From assembly GCF_964204865.1 (NCBI RefSeq), contig NC_135251.1, forward strand, positions 24,056,001 through 24,120,000: DNA of 64,000 nucleotides, read 5' to 3'. Under the pieces are notes generated by a model that saw only the letters and a list, made by a program, of their open reading frames with translations, made no database searches and had not been told where the DNA came from. The stretch is from Styela clava (Eukaryota). This document shows, piece after piece, positions 13,083 to 26,500 of this stretch (the stretch's first letter is position 1; each line of letters opens with the position of its first letter). Made by a program: the position numbers and the translations under genes.

Positions 13083-14517
13083 CTTATCTCTTGATGGCAA
13101 AACAATTATTCTTCTGTATTCGTACTATAAAAGCTATACGTGTAAAAGTAAAAACAGTAGATAATAACTGTGTGATAAAAAGAGTTAACAAATGTGAAAT
13201 TTATAATATAAAATTGAAATGAAAATTTTTGGAGTCTTGTCTCACACATACACAAATTAAATTTTCGTATTGTTACAAGACTTCAGAAGAGTTAGGTTTG
13301 TGCCAGTGTGGAAGCAATCACAGGAATACTTTCTTTTATAAGCTTTCCCAATAGGTTCTAGTAACATAATTATTCAACAATCACATGAGCCGAAAATGCA
13401 AAGGTAAAATGTAATTTCATCAAGTTTTAATTTCTGTACAATTACAAAAAAATATATAATTCACAGGGTAAAGTACCTAACTGCGTCACTTTATTTTTGG
13501 ATTGTGATCTGTATACACCTGACAACGATGTAACAGTTTGCGTTCTTGTTACGAGGCATTACACTATCAATCACATGGTACGAAAGTGCAAGTGCATGAT
13601 CGTACTTTCATCGATATTCAAGTGATACAAAAAAACAAGATTATCATATTTTGCATACTATAGCGACTTTTTTTCCAATTTTCTCCCAAGGTAAAATAAC
13701 ATATTTCTTTTCAAACTAGCAACCGTTGGATAAATGTCAAACAGAGGCGGGTTAAGCCGTGTTATGGCATAATCTATGTTTAGATTATAGTTAATACTTT
13801 TTAAACCGTTAATTTAACTTTATAGATATTTATTTTATATGCCCATGATTTAATTTTGTTTATTTTCAAAATACAGATTTTCTGTCTGCAATTTGTCGAA
13901 AGTTTTTTATATATATATTTTTTTTATATATATAGAGATGTGTCATATACTCACAAGGCAGGACAAGAATAATTTCGAAAATAAAACGAAGAACAAAGTA
14001 ATGACTATGCAGGTTTACTTTATATTAAAAAACCCACTTTGAAAAACTATACTCTGCATGAAGTCCTGAAGCAATTTCAAAATAGTTTCATAAAATTTCT
14101 TTTTACTCCAAAAAAACTACTATAAACAGAGATGGATGTAAACAAAAAGTTCGATGACTCGTTTCAAACCCAATTTCCGACCTGGACTGACTTACAACAT
14201 TGTTCCATAAAATAAATTTACTCGAACAACCTTGGAATAATCTGCTCGAAACCTAACAAGAAGTGAAGTATCAATGAAAAATCGCTTTGGCAGTCAATGC
14301 GAAACCTATCTCGGCAACAAATTTAATCTCTATTAGGCCCAGTCTCAAAAATGTTACACACGTGATAGTAACATTGCTCTGGGCGGGTGGCCTACTTTGC
14401 TTTTGAAATATAATTTATATATAATTATGATTTTGCGTCACAACGAGATATCCCTATAATTTGCATTTATGTAATTTTTAGAATAATTATATAATTTTAA
14501 ATTATTGCAAAAAGACG

Positions 14518-14791
14518 TGGAATCGAATATTTCTTTACATCATTGTTTACCGTGAATGTACGGTACAATGCGTCGATGCGGCATGTCAATCCATTATTTG
14601 TATTAAAAAGTGAAAAACTCTTTTTTGCTGGCTGATTTTGTTTGCGTGGAGCAAACAAAATCAGCAAACAAAATCAGCCAGCAAAAAAGAGTTTTTCACT
14701 TTTTAATACAAATAATGGATTGACATGCCGCATCGACGCATTGTACCGTACATTCACGGTAAACAATGATGTAAAGAAATATTCGATTCCA
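14518..14791. repeat. Perfect long inverted repeat (128-bp arms, 18-bp spacer)
   Basis: 14518-14645 is the reverse complement of 14664-14791. The spacer is gtggagcaaacaaaatca. Confidence 0.92.
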
Positions 14792-16029
14792 GTTACATAT
14801 AAATTCACTTTTATTTACTCGAAGTTGATAGCAGCGCAATTGGTATATTGTTTCTGAGAATATTTCGCTGAACGGGTATATCTTTTTTCTATATATAATA
14901 TTTGAATATTTTCTGAGAGACAGACCTATTTTTGGAGTCTTGAAACTAAATCGAACATAGCACAGTATAGGTAAGTGAAATAACGCATCAACATTCAAAC
15001 GATTTTGACGCGTTTATTTCGGAAATGTACCATAACTTTCCACTAAGTTGAACTTGTTTGAACTGTTGCACAGGCAACCTCATCAAACTTGGAGGTTGTC
15101 CGCTTATGTCAGTGTGTCGGGGATGTTTGCTACAACACTCCTAGTCTTTTCAAAAATCCTATTACATCTCTGAACCATAATGACTCCGGATTAAAAAAAT
15201 TCACACTTCGACTCCAGCTCCGAAAAAACAACAACATTATGTATTGGAAACTGTAAGACTGGCAAGTCTTTTTCTGGAAATTTTGAACGGAGTAGTGAAT
15301 TTCGATTCAGGCTTTACTTGTGGTGTCTGAAACTCCAACTCCGGTTGAATAAAATCTCGACTACGACTATTATATACCTTAAACTCTTCGTCTACTCAAA
15401 ACTAAACGTCCATCGCCCGGGAGAGAACATGTAATTTGGAAGTCCGAAATAAGGTCAAAGATTATAATGGCGCACCAATTGAATATCATTAGTCATCAGC
15501 TCTGACTGAATGTGACTATCTATCCTAAAAGGATGACCGTGAGCAATTTTGTCTATTTGCCATATATATCGAAACCATGGGCATTATGCAATTATGCAGT
15601 TACGTCACCACTGACCCGTAGTTCTCTGAGTGTCTCTCTGACGTCACATTTGACTGGACTGCAGACAGTGAGAGAACTCAAACCGTACAACTTTTGATTG
15701 TTAAATGATCAAGCCTATCAAATGATTGAAACCATCACTAGTTTTCTAAATAGGTTCTGCCGTTGTTCTTTTGGGCAGAAACATAATATACTATACTCAA
15801 TGTCTGGTACCTGTATTTCATTAAAAAGCTCATTTCTTGGTTGTCTTTTATTATTTAAAATTTTTAAGACTCATACACCAAAAAACAAAAAGACGGAAAC
15901 CATTTTTTTGTGTTTGTAGAGATGTATCAAAGTATTTCGGATATAGGAACAAAAAAAACGACAAAAAGTTTTTTTGAGGTTCAGAAAGTGACACAATTTG
16001 ACGTTGAAAATAACTTCAAGAAGCAGCAA

Positions 16030-19000
16030 CTAGATATACACGGTTGCTGTGCAGTCAATGGCGCGACACTTGAAACAAGCGTTCATTTTCTTTTCGGCTG
16101 AAAACAAATCAGTTTGTTAAACATAATATGCATATAAAAGTTTTCACAAAATTTATTTTGAAATGTTAAAAAACTTTGAACTTTGTAAATTTTATCGTGT
16201 CAAGTTTAATGGTTCACAACAATTCCCGGCATCTGCTACCAACTATTTGCTATTATACCGAGGTGCGGCTAAAATGAAACGGGACTGGCGTCACAGATTG
16301 CGCAAAACGATTAACCATCGGTAATCAACACTTTTGCAGTGTGGCGTAATATGTGTTCTTTGTTTAACAGCTGTTTTGACACAATATCGCAATTATTTTT
16401 GCTTTTCAGGATCCATAAGTGAATGTGATAAATTTCTTGTTGAAAAAAAATAAGCGTATAAGCATGAGCATTTTAATATTATTTTTTTTTTTATAAAAAT
16501 TATGGTAACATCTAATATTACTAATTATTCGTGGATTATTAGAGTTGATTTTGCTATAAAATAGTAGATCAAATATTCGAAAAGTGAAGAATGCGAACAC
16601 GCAATTTATTTTTGAAGAGAATTACTACATGCAATGTCAAGCGCACTTATTCAGAAGTGAAGGAGACTCCTTGAGCAAAAGTAGGAATGACCTCAGGATT
16701 GCCAAGTGTTGCTGAAATTATATAGATTTATGGTGCTGCCTGAAAATACCGATTGACGAGAGACTCGACTAAGTTCAAGTCAATAAAATTTATATGTGAG
16801 TTGAAGGCACATTTAAAATGTTAAGAACGTTCAGCTATAAAATCTAAGTCTAGGCTTCTTTTTTATAAAATAAAATTGCGCATTACAGCGTCAAGTACAT
16901 AAATTAAATTCGGTATTCAACGATAATAATCTTGGTATGAGTCAAGAAAATAAATTATGGTTGCATATACATTTTATTTATCTATTTTTCAAAATTTACC
17001 ATTTTTTTTGCTGAGTTTTTTCGGTGGAAATTTAGTGAACGCCTTGCAGTTGAATGCAAATTTCTTGGTTTTTTTCTTTCTGGCACAATAGCTGAATCCT
17101 ATTAACTTGTCAATGCAGCTCACTTCAGTACTGGTTGTTCTTCCAGCAACAATTGACTGTATAAGAAAAAAGTTGCGATTACTTAGAATAGAATGTATAT
17201 ACAAAATGGTTTTGATTGGTAGTGGTCGTATGCGGGTTCACATCTTCATTATGATTGCGTAGTTTGTGGATAAGGCTTCATTTTAGTTATACGGCAAATG
17301 AGCTATACAGCTATCACTCTCACCAGAGTCACCACTAAAGCCCAATTAGTTTAGTATATCGCACAGCATGTGCTAAGGCCCGTTTACAACAAACGTTCTA
17401 AGTGTACAATTAAAAAAAAATGTACATTTTACGCTTTAGTATTGTTCAATATGCTGGATATAAAATAAGAAATGAGAATTATATAAAACATAGATTCAAA
17501 GTCATTACATCCTGTATTATGTGAAACATTATTGCAGGGTATTATAATTAAAATATATATTCAGAGCTGTTAATCATAATCACATAAATCCATTAACCAC
17601 TTTCGTCGAATTTATTTCCCAATGTAAAATAGATTTAAGTTTGTTATTATTACTTATCAATCCTAATCGGTAAGTATGTTGATAGATATTTGGGGGCTCC
17701 CGAAGTATGCGAACCAAGATGGCGGACATCGGAATGTAATATGAGTACTAGGTTAGGGTTAGGCCTTAATTTTAGGTATAAATACTACAGGAGGCTCTTG
17801 GCTAGTCTTCGAACTGATAACAGGACTAAAATAAGGAATATTGGAAAAAAATTATCGCCTAACCCTAACCTGTTACCCATGTTACGTTCCGATGTCCGCC
17901 ATCTTGGTTCGCATACTTCGGGAGCACCGATATTTGTTTATTTGTCTGTCTGTCTGTCTGTCTGTTAGACATTTTCGTATGTTACGCGATATCTCACGAA
18001 AGCGAGGTTGAATCTGCTAATAATTTTGCATGTGCATTCATCATATCTCGGACCAGAAGCCCTTTGATTTTGAATGAATTATATCGTATAATTAGCGAGT
18101 TATTAATTAATTACTGAGTTAAATTTCAATTTTTATTTTTTTTTTATATTTAGCGAGCTCCTAATTAAATTTTTCGCGGAAGACCGATAAGTCGGCGGTC
18201 TCCGATCGCTATCTCGTTATGTAGTTATAGCGTTTTATTGGCAAAGAAAATTCTCAACTCAAAACAGCAAACAATGAAAGCCATTTCGAAAAATCTTACG
18301 ATAATCTGAGGAAATGAGTCAAAGTCGACGTCATCAATTTGGTCTGGATCTATGGGAGGTTCCTTTCTTCTCCAATAATCTGCCAGTTGATCAGGGTTGT
18401 ACAGGCATGTATCCTTAAATTTAAGAAGACGATGCCAGATTAATTAAAATGGATTTACTATAATGAACTAACTCAATTGATTCCCACTACCTACAGATAC
18501 GAAACAATCAGTGGTACAGATCTTCATAGATTCTGTAACTGTCGATTTGTTTTCACATTTCAACAAAAGCTATTGTACTCTAAGAGTTTTTTCGTATTTC
18601 TGTTTAAAAACGCACGTTTTTACACAAATATCAGGTACTCAGTTCAAAAACACACCGATTCAATTCAGGAATTGAAGAATTATATGTTCCTTTATGAAAT
18701 GACATATGAGGTATATATATATGGTATTTTGTTACTTTATTTGCCGATACGTACGATTATTGCTTACTGATAGCAGTTATCGTAGTTGGCTCATTCTCAA
18801 GGGATGCCAAAGGATGGGTGAGTCATGAATGAGTGGCTAAAAAATTAAGACAAAAAAGTTCATTGACTGACCAGGTTGGTGTTCTCACATTCATCAACTT
18901 TATACGGTATCAGATCGCAGACATGATTTGGACGAAAAGAGCCATTTTCACAGGTAACTTTGGTGGAGAATCCTGATAACATATAGTTGGTGTTGCACCA

Positions 19001-21280
19001 CAAGTAACAGGTTGAATAGAAATATTTTCTTGTTTTTTCCCCAATACAGTGCGTGAACATCAGATTGACAGTCCCGTCAATCGCCAACGATTCCTTGTCG
19101 CAAAGAGTGTCCCAACATAAAAGTAAAGTAAAAAAAATGTTTATTTTATTTTCTCAATCTTACTTAATCATGCATCTCATTCAAAAAAAAATTTTTTTTT
19201 TTTAAATACAATAGGTATTGATTAACAGATAATTTCACCCACTCGCATATCGTGTTGACGATAATACGCATCCTCCTTGTTCATTGGGTTTCTTATAAAT
19301 TTATAGCGGGCAACTTTGATGATCACAAGCAAATTAAAACTTACTGAAACACTTACTACGGTAAGAAGCATTAAATCCTTTGAAATTATAACTCCCATCG
19401 CTCCAAAACAAGACAATAACATAGTTCGATTTTGATGTGTAAGTGAGGCTCATGTTAGGATTTATTGTCATTGAACCTTTAAAATATTTTTCTACTTGGT
19501 CTCCGTTTTCCTCCATTTCATATATCTGCAAAATTTGTATACGATTTATTAATAATACATAAATATATAAGAATATTAAATTTAGAATTGGATATTAGAT
19601 TCCAGTATTATCGTAAGTGAAAAATAGCTACTCGAATTTGCTAGTTTATAATCATTATCTTCGGGAACAGATATTTTGACATATGGCAGGAATGAACCAA
19701 ATTGAAATTCTGAAATAATTCAGAATTTAAAAGCATTCACCAATTAAAATAATTCAATTTAATTCAACAATTGATAATGATACAAAATTGATTACTTCAA
19801 ATGATCTGAAAATTTTTCCTGATTCAAATTTAATAAATTCCGTTCACCCCCTTTATCAAATCATGACAAATGTGATAAAATATGACAAACGTACCAATAC
19901 GTAATCATCAAGATATTTATTATTTCCTAGTTCAAAATCATCAAATTTAATTTCGACAACATGATTTTCTTCTACTTCTATAATCCATTCGCATAAACCG
20001 TTTGCTCGATACTTTTTGGGATATCGTGGACTGGTAAACTGGCCGGAGCTGGCAGTTAAATGAGAAACTCCGCATTCGTCTTGATCTAACAAATCTTCAG
20101 AGATTGAAGTCGTACTGCTGGAGTCGTCTCCTGAATTGGAGAAAGAGTTTCAATTAAATAATTTAAAATATTCCCTTTTTAGAATTGTGTTGTAAATAAT
20201 AAGAAATTAGTTTAATAAATTCAATGCGCCATAGAAAATTACTGCAGGGGCACTGCGAAACTCGATCCAGGCCTAAAACGGACATTTTTTGTTAATCAAC
20301 ACCGGATTTAGATGTCAAATTTTTGTATTGGAATATAGAAAGGTTGGCAAAGCAACAGTCTGGAGTCGATATTTGGTTGCCTACATTTCGTAAGCTGTCA
20401 TCAGTGCCTAAATTTTTTTACTCGTCACAGCAGATGAGAGTTCGAACCAGCTCCGAGTTGAAGATTTATCAAATTTTTATTTTAAATTCGCTGCGCTGTC
20501 TGGCTGAGTATATAAAAGAGTCCTGTTTCAACACAATATTAGTTATTGGGAGTGTAATTTACGACTCTGACAAAATATTTGTTTGAATGGCTGTTTGAAA
20601 ATTCTTTGTGACGTGATAAAATGTGTTTTTACGTTGATATAGCTGGTAATGATGATAATAAATACTACATCGTCCTCTGACATAATCTTGGAAAATAGCA
20701 TCAAAGATAATGAGTCACTGACAATTATCTATGACTAAAACGTGTCTAGCTATTTTCTCTGATTATATAAAATATTTTCGTGAATATAATTGCCGTTGGC
20801 AAAAACGTCACATTCCTATGTCTTCAAGTCTTTCACATTTTGATAAAAACAGCTATGGTAGGAGATAAAGTATTATCATTGATGCGTATTCCGATATATT
20901 TCATTTTTATCTAGTACTGAACATTATTTACTATTGTATTTTTGATCAGTAACACTACTTGCCTATACGTCAACAAAAGCGAAATTTATGCCCAAAAGTG
21001 TTAATATCGCTTGCGTTTTTAGTATTGCCATAACTACCGAATACTCATTCTTTATCTGAGAGTCCTCAGTCATAAATAACTGCTGTTATGCGTCTCATTG
21101 AGTATAGTGGTCGTGTAACTGTGAACCTATCTATCTTTGGTCAAGTTTGAACGTAATTCTCTACGGTTCTTTGTTGTGTGTCTAGTAACTGAAAACATAT
21201 AAAAAAAATAATAAATTTTACTCACCCTCTACTGTTGCGAATAGGTAGGATGCTAGGAATATCAATATTATTTTATGCAT
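16030..21280 (-). CDS. Paralogue C: secreted CUB + sushi-like + Cys-rich cationic domain protein (about 347 aa, 7 exons)
   Basis: Exons 21280-21226, 20130-19895, 19525-19357, 19116-18872 (acceptor reads AT, not AG), 18413-18300, 17156-17000, 16097-16030. Signal peptide MHKIILIFLASYLFATVE. Ends CFKCRAIDCTATVYI*. Confidence 0.82.
17650..18220. mobile_element. Possible DINE/HINE-like (Helentron-associated) element interrupted by a MITE
   Basis: (TGTC)n microsatellite at about 17943-17966 and a 3' stem-loop agaccg...cggtct near 18181-18201. Boundaries are approximate. Confidence 0.4.
17693..17928. mobile_element. Merlin-like MITE with TTAGGG-like internal repeats
   Basis: About 70-bp TIRs (gctcccgaagtatgcgaaccaagatggcggacatcggaa...ggttagggttaggc), GG...CC termini, perfect 8-bp TSD GATATTTG. 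Confidence 0.85.
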
Positions 21281-23536
21281 TTTGAGTTGAAAATTTACAA
21301 TTTGACCTGTAGAATACAAAATGTAGACGATGATTTCTAATCAACTTGGCGAATTTAAATTACTGATATTCCTTAACGTAAAATCCTCAAATTTGACCAA
21401 ATTTTTTATCCTCCTCCAAGTATTAAGCATTTTGTATCACATATTGCGAATATTTTCTATAACTAACTTCAAAGCGTCAAAATCAACGTAGAATCATATA
21501 TTTTGTTGTCAAATTGCATCTGTATAAAACAGTTCAATTTGGTCGATAATTCAAAGCGATAAATCGACATTTCCATTTCCACGATTTCCCCCTAAATATC
21601 TGTTCGCCAGCATATCTTTCTACTTTATTGGCTAAATGCGTCCTAACAACGAATCTATGTAAACTAATTCTATTTTTAAACAAGTATTTGTGAAACGTCA
21701 GAGTTTCCATTTATTAATTATAAAGATTTTGAGGTCATATATGGAAGCTCTCCTGTGACATTGCTTGCGGCGACTGATAATGTTATTATGTTTTGTTCAT
21801 ATACAGTGCATGAACATTTTATACCTGTCATAGTTTAAAATAGATTACCACAAACGATGATATTGTATATGAAGGAGTGAGATCGCTTGAACTTTTGTCA
21901 CATCTCCATTTTCTTGAGTCCTGTGGGCTCGATACTTCACCTCTTTTTACGTATATTCCGCTTCCATATGGCATTCCGTTAGGTCATTCCGCCATTTTAT
22001 ACAGACCCATGCTCAGGCTATGGTGGCCGTGCTTGTTTTAAATTTATCAAACTAAAAAGATAAGCTCACATTTTACAACACAAATGTCTACACCAGATTG
22101 CTTAACTTCAGGACAAAATTACCTCATTTTTAAAAATAAATTCCGTCAAGCTTGACGGCTACGCCATTGTCCTGGGTTTTGCGAGCGCCGCTCAGCCCCA
22201 GTTTGGTGTAAATCGCATAATCTACCGGTACTGCGACATTTGACTTTTGAGTCCATATTTGAGCATTGCTCTCTTTCTAAGAAATCATTCTAATTATAAT
22301 TTGTCACAAAATTTAGTCCATGCAAGATTCAGGCTGTAGTAGGCCTACTCTTCAATGGACACGCTTTGCGCTTGTGGTCCCGGTTTCTACGCAGATCACC
22401 GCGTTTCCATCTCATAACCCAAGATGCGGTTACCGAGTATAATTTGTATCTGACCTCAATCATAAAATCACTATATATCACAGCCGTAAGTTCAGTACTC
22501 CTGTTCCACATATATCAACTCCAAAAATACTAGTAAACTCCTAAAATTTGAAGTAGTAATCTAGGCTTAGAATTCAACGATAAGGTTGCGGGAATGGATG
22601 TCGCTCTTTTTCTAGTTTCATTGCTTTTCGTTATCTTATGATTATGTACAGGAGTATGCGAAGACAGAGTCATGGCTACAAAATATTTATTTACTCCCAA
22701 TGTAGATTTTGATATTTTCGGCTGACACGGGCACCTCTGTCTATACATGAGCCCGCTTTAGTATCTGTTCAATCCGACTGCTGTATAAAAAAGCCCTCAA
22801 ATTCATCATTAAACTTCAGCGTCCTTAAACGAGCCAACCTATTGTGTGGTATTGCAGCACCTCTTAATGAATGAATACTGTACCTATTTACGAAATCCTA
22901 CTGCAAAAATAGCATCCAATACCAAGTGTCGCCAACCAAGTCTATTATAAATATAAATTTATGGTTTGTATCAGTGTGTCAAATGTTATGACTTAGGCAT
23001 TGGTGCTGCTCTCATCATAATCAAACAACTAAATGGGCCGTCTATTCTCAATTTTACTTTCCCTTATACAATTTCCTTATATACTTTTCTCAACACACGT
23101 CCATTCTATAAGTAATCTAATCATTATTCGCGGACGTCTTTTTATTACCGTCAAGCGAATTAAAAGCCGTGCACACACCCAACATGTTTTCCTCAAGTTG
23201 AAAAAAGATTTGGAACAAGTTGATAACCTCGAAAAAAGTTTCCGTTTCAGATGTGGGTCACAACGGCCTTCAATGAACAAATCGTGTACAAATTTAAGCT
23301 CTTATAATAGTAATGCGAAAACAGGAGAGACAGCCAAGCTCCACATGCGTGCCGAGCAATTGAAAGACTTCAAATATTCTTCTCGTCTTCAAATAACCAC
23401 CGCAGTAATGCGGTAACCACCACATGGTAAAAAAGTAACAAACGCAACAATAACGTCATGAGTTATAAACAGAAAAATCCAGAAAAAATGTTTTTTATTC
23501 ATTTCTATTAAGCATGAACGTCATTACCATGCATTA

Positions 23537-26500
23537 TCAAAGGTATATCGTAGCGGTGCATTGAATAGCACGACATTTATAGCACGCTTCCATTTTTTTG
23601 TCCCCTGAAATATAAGAAAAAACTTCAAGATCCGGTTGGAGTTGCATGGAACAAACAAAATTTCTGAAAATTTATGTCTTGCCAGACTTCAAGATCCGGT
23701 CGAGTTGGGGTTAAATGAAACAAACAAAATTTCTGAAAATTTATGTTTTGCCAGACTTCAAGATCCGGTTGAGTTGGAGTTAAATGAAACAAACAAAGTT
23801 TCTGAAACTTTATGTCTTGCCAGACTTCAAAATCCGGTTGAGTTGGAGTTAAATGAAACAAACAAAGTTTCTGAAATTTTATGTCTTGCCAGACTTCAAG
23901 ATCCGGTCGAGTTGGAGTTAAATGGAACAAAGAAAGTTTCTGAAATTTTATGTCTTGCCAGACTTCAAGATCCGGTCGAGTTGGAGTTAAATAAAACAAA
24001 CAAAAATTCTGAAAATTTATGTTTTGCCAGACTTCAAAATCCGGTTGATTTGGAGTTAAATGAAACAAAGAAAGTTTCTGAAATTTTATGTCTTGCCAGA
24101 CTTCAAGATCCGGTCGAGTTGGAGTTAAATGGAACAAAGAAAGTTTCTGAAATTTTATGTCTTGCCAGACTTCAAGATCCGGTCGAGTTTGAGTTAAATA
24201 AAACAACGGAAATTCTGAAAATTTATGTTTTGCCAGTCTTCAAGATCCGGTCGAGTTGGAGTTAAATAAAACAAACAAAAATTCTGAAATTTTATGTCTT
24301 GCCAGACTTCAAGATCCGGTCGAGTTGGAGTTAAATGAAACAAACAAAATTTCTGAAAATTTATGTCTTGCCAGACTTCAAGATCGTGTCGAGTTGGAGT
24401 TAAATGAAACAAACAAACATTCTGAAAATTTATGTTTTGCCAGACTTCAAGATCCGGTCGAGTTGGAGTTAAATGAAACAAACAAAGTTTCTGAAATTTT
24501 ATGTCTTGCCAGACTTCAAGATCGGTCGAGTTGGAGTTGAATGGAACAAACAAAGTTTCCTAAATAAAGTTATCGTATTTATAGAACATAATGCAGCAGG
24601 CCATCAAAGATTATATGTTATTGTTAATTTCATCTCAAATGAACTTCGTATTAAACGTCTATAAAAACAAAGGCTAAAGAATATTGGTGTTTTACAATGA
24701 TATTTTTTAGGTAAAAAAGATATTTTGAATAAATTCGTCACTTTACCTATTGCTGGTTTCAGTTTGGGAATCTTGGTAAAAACGTTACATTTGAAAGCAA
24801 ATTTTTTGTTTGGCTTTCTTTTGCAATAACTGTATCCAATCAATTTGTCAATGCAACTTGTTTCTATGAATTGGCCACGTATGCTTCTTGAACCAGTAGC
24901 TTTTTTCTTAAAATTAAATTATTAACTAGTTTAGGATGTATAAATTTAGTGACATATCTTTGAGTGGTGATGTTTGAAGTGGTAAACTTCATTTGAGTCA
25001 TAATAAAATTTATGGGCTCGATAATTTTATCAACTGAATATCATGTCCCCAATAATTACGTTCATAAACTTGAATTTTTTCTATAGGAGTATTTTAAAAT
25101 ATCATGTTATACACGCTGTTAGAAATTAATGTCGTGTGGCATGTAATAAGCATGAGTATAGATTTGTGACATTTGCGAATAGAGCCCTGTTTCAAGTTGT
25201 AGAACAGCATATTTAAATATCATTACACAGGGTGGTCCAAAGTTGCGAGTTCATAGGGCCGCAAAAACTTTTGAGGAGGTATCGCGGGCCGCAGTCGGAG
25301 AAAACCCAAAAGTGATCAAAATATAGTTTACTCACTTTAAATATATTTAAAAATAAGAGTTTGTCGTTCTAATCAATTTTCAAAGGAAACTATATAAAGT
25401 CTTTAGTTATTTTAAAATTGCTTCCCGTGGTATTTTCTCGTGTTTGGTTGTGTAATGTCGCTTAAAATTATATTATTTTGTAACAGATATTACTTGAAAA
25501 CACATCGCGTTGTTGTGAGTTAGGAAATACGTTTACTCTCAGTTTACTTCGGTCACCTTTTTTTCTACACTCATTGCATGATGAATTTATATCTTGTAGC
25601 GTGAGCAGGCCTAGTGCTACCATCAAATAACAACCAAGTCCGTCTAACTTGGGACCTCGTACTCAGATAAATGAAAAAACTGGATTGCGCGGCGCTAAGT
25701 CAACTCTGCAGTTCGTCACTGCTGTCAATGGCCAACGCTTGAAAATAGAGGAGTGTTTTGACTAAAATAAAGGCACGAAACGTCTTTTCAAATGAGGAGT
25801 TACTTAACGCAAGCTCATTTCATCGGCTTGGTCTTGTCTGCACAAGACAATTCATTCTCCTTTTACCGATCACAGGACATCATTCACATATAGCCCCGTC
25901 TCGACGTTTATTTTAACTAACATCAATCCCGACATCGGGATCAGGAAAAGCACTATTCCCAGTTGGAATAGTTTAAAAATAAATCAAAATTACTCAGCTT
26001 ATAAATACAAATATCTGCCAATGGCTTAGTAGTGTACGCCAAAATTGTTATGCGGGCAGCACGGAATGTGTCGGCGGGTCGCAGTTTGGTCCACCCTGTC
26101 ATAACACATTACAGATACCTGTATATCCGGAAACAGGTCGAAATCTACCCCTTCTGCATCATCGGGACCCAATGGCTCTTTCCTTCTCCAATAATCTGCA
26201 AGTTCCTTTGGAACGTAAGGACAGTTTTTCTAAAAATATAAGGAGTCAATTATTTTAAACAATTAAATAATCAAGTCAGACTCAAGAATTATCTCTTGTA
26301 TTTAATACAGTTGTTATAAGAATTTAGGGCGCTCCCGAAGTATGTGCACCAAGATGGCGCACAACCTGAACCCTAACCTTGTACATATACTATGTTCAGG
26401 TTGTGCGCCATCTTGGTGCACATACTTCAAGAGGTCCGAATTTAGTTTAGTTATTCCTGTTGCAGAGTGCTACATGTTGGATTCTTTTGTTTATATCCTG

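Noticed and set aside
17745-17765. TTAGGG repeats as a telomere or interstitial telomeric site
   Set aside because: Only about two units, embedded in MITE arms.
21130-21189. Possible extra exon in intron 1 of paralogue C
   Set aside because: It would need a 36-nt intron and hits an in-frame stop without a good donor.
22329-23416. Short ORFs between C and D, vaguely LINE-like
   Set aside because: Motif-like fragments lie on opposite strands and are not convincing.
23625-24553. 193-aa and 209-aa repeat ORFs on both strands
   Set aside because: They are by-products of a 69-bp (multiple of 3) minisatellite within an intron. The units are contiguous with no spacers, so this is not a CRISPR array either.
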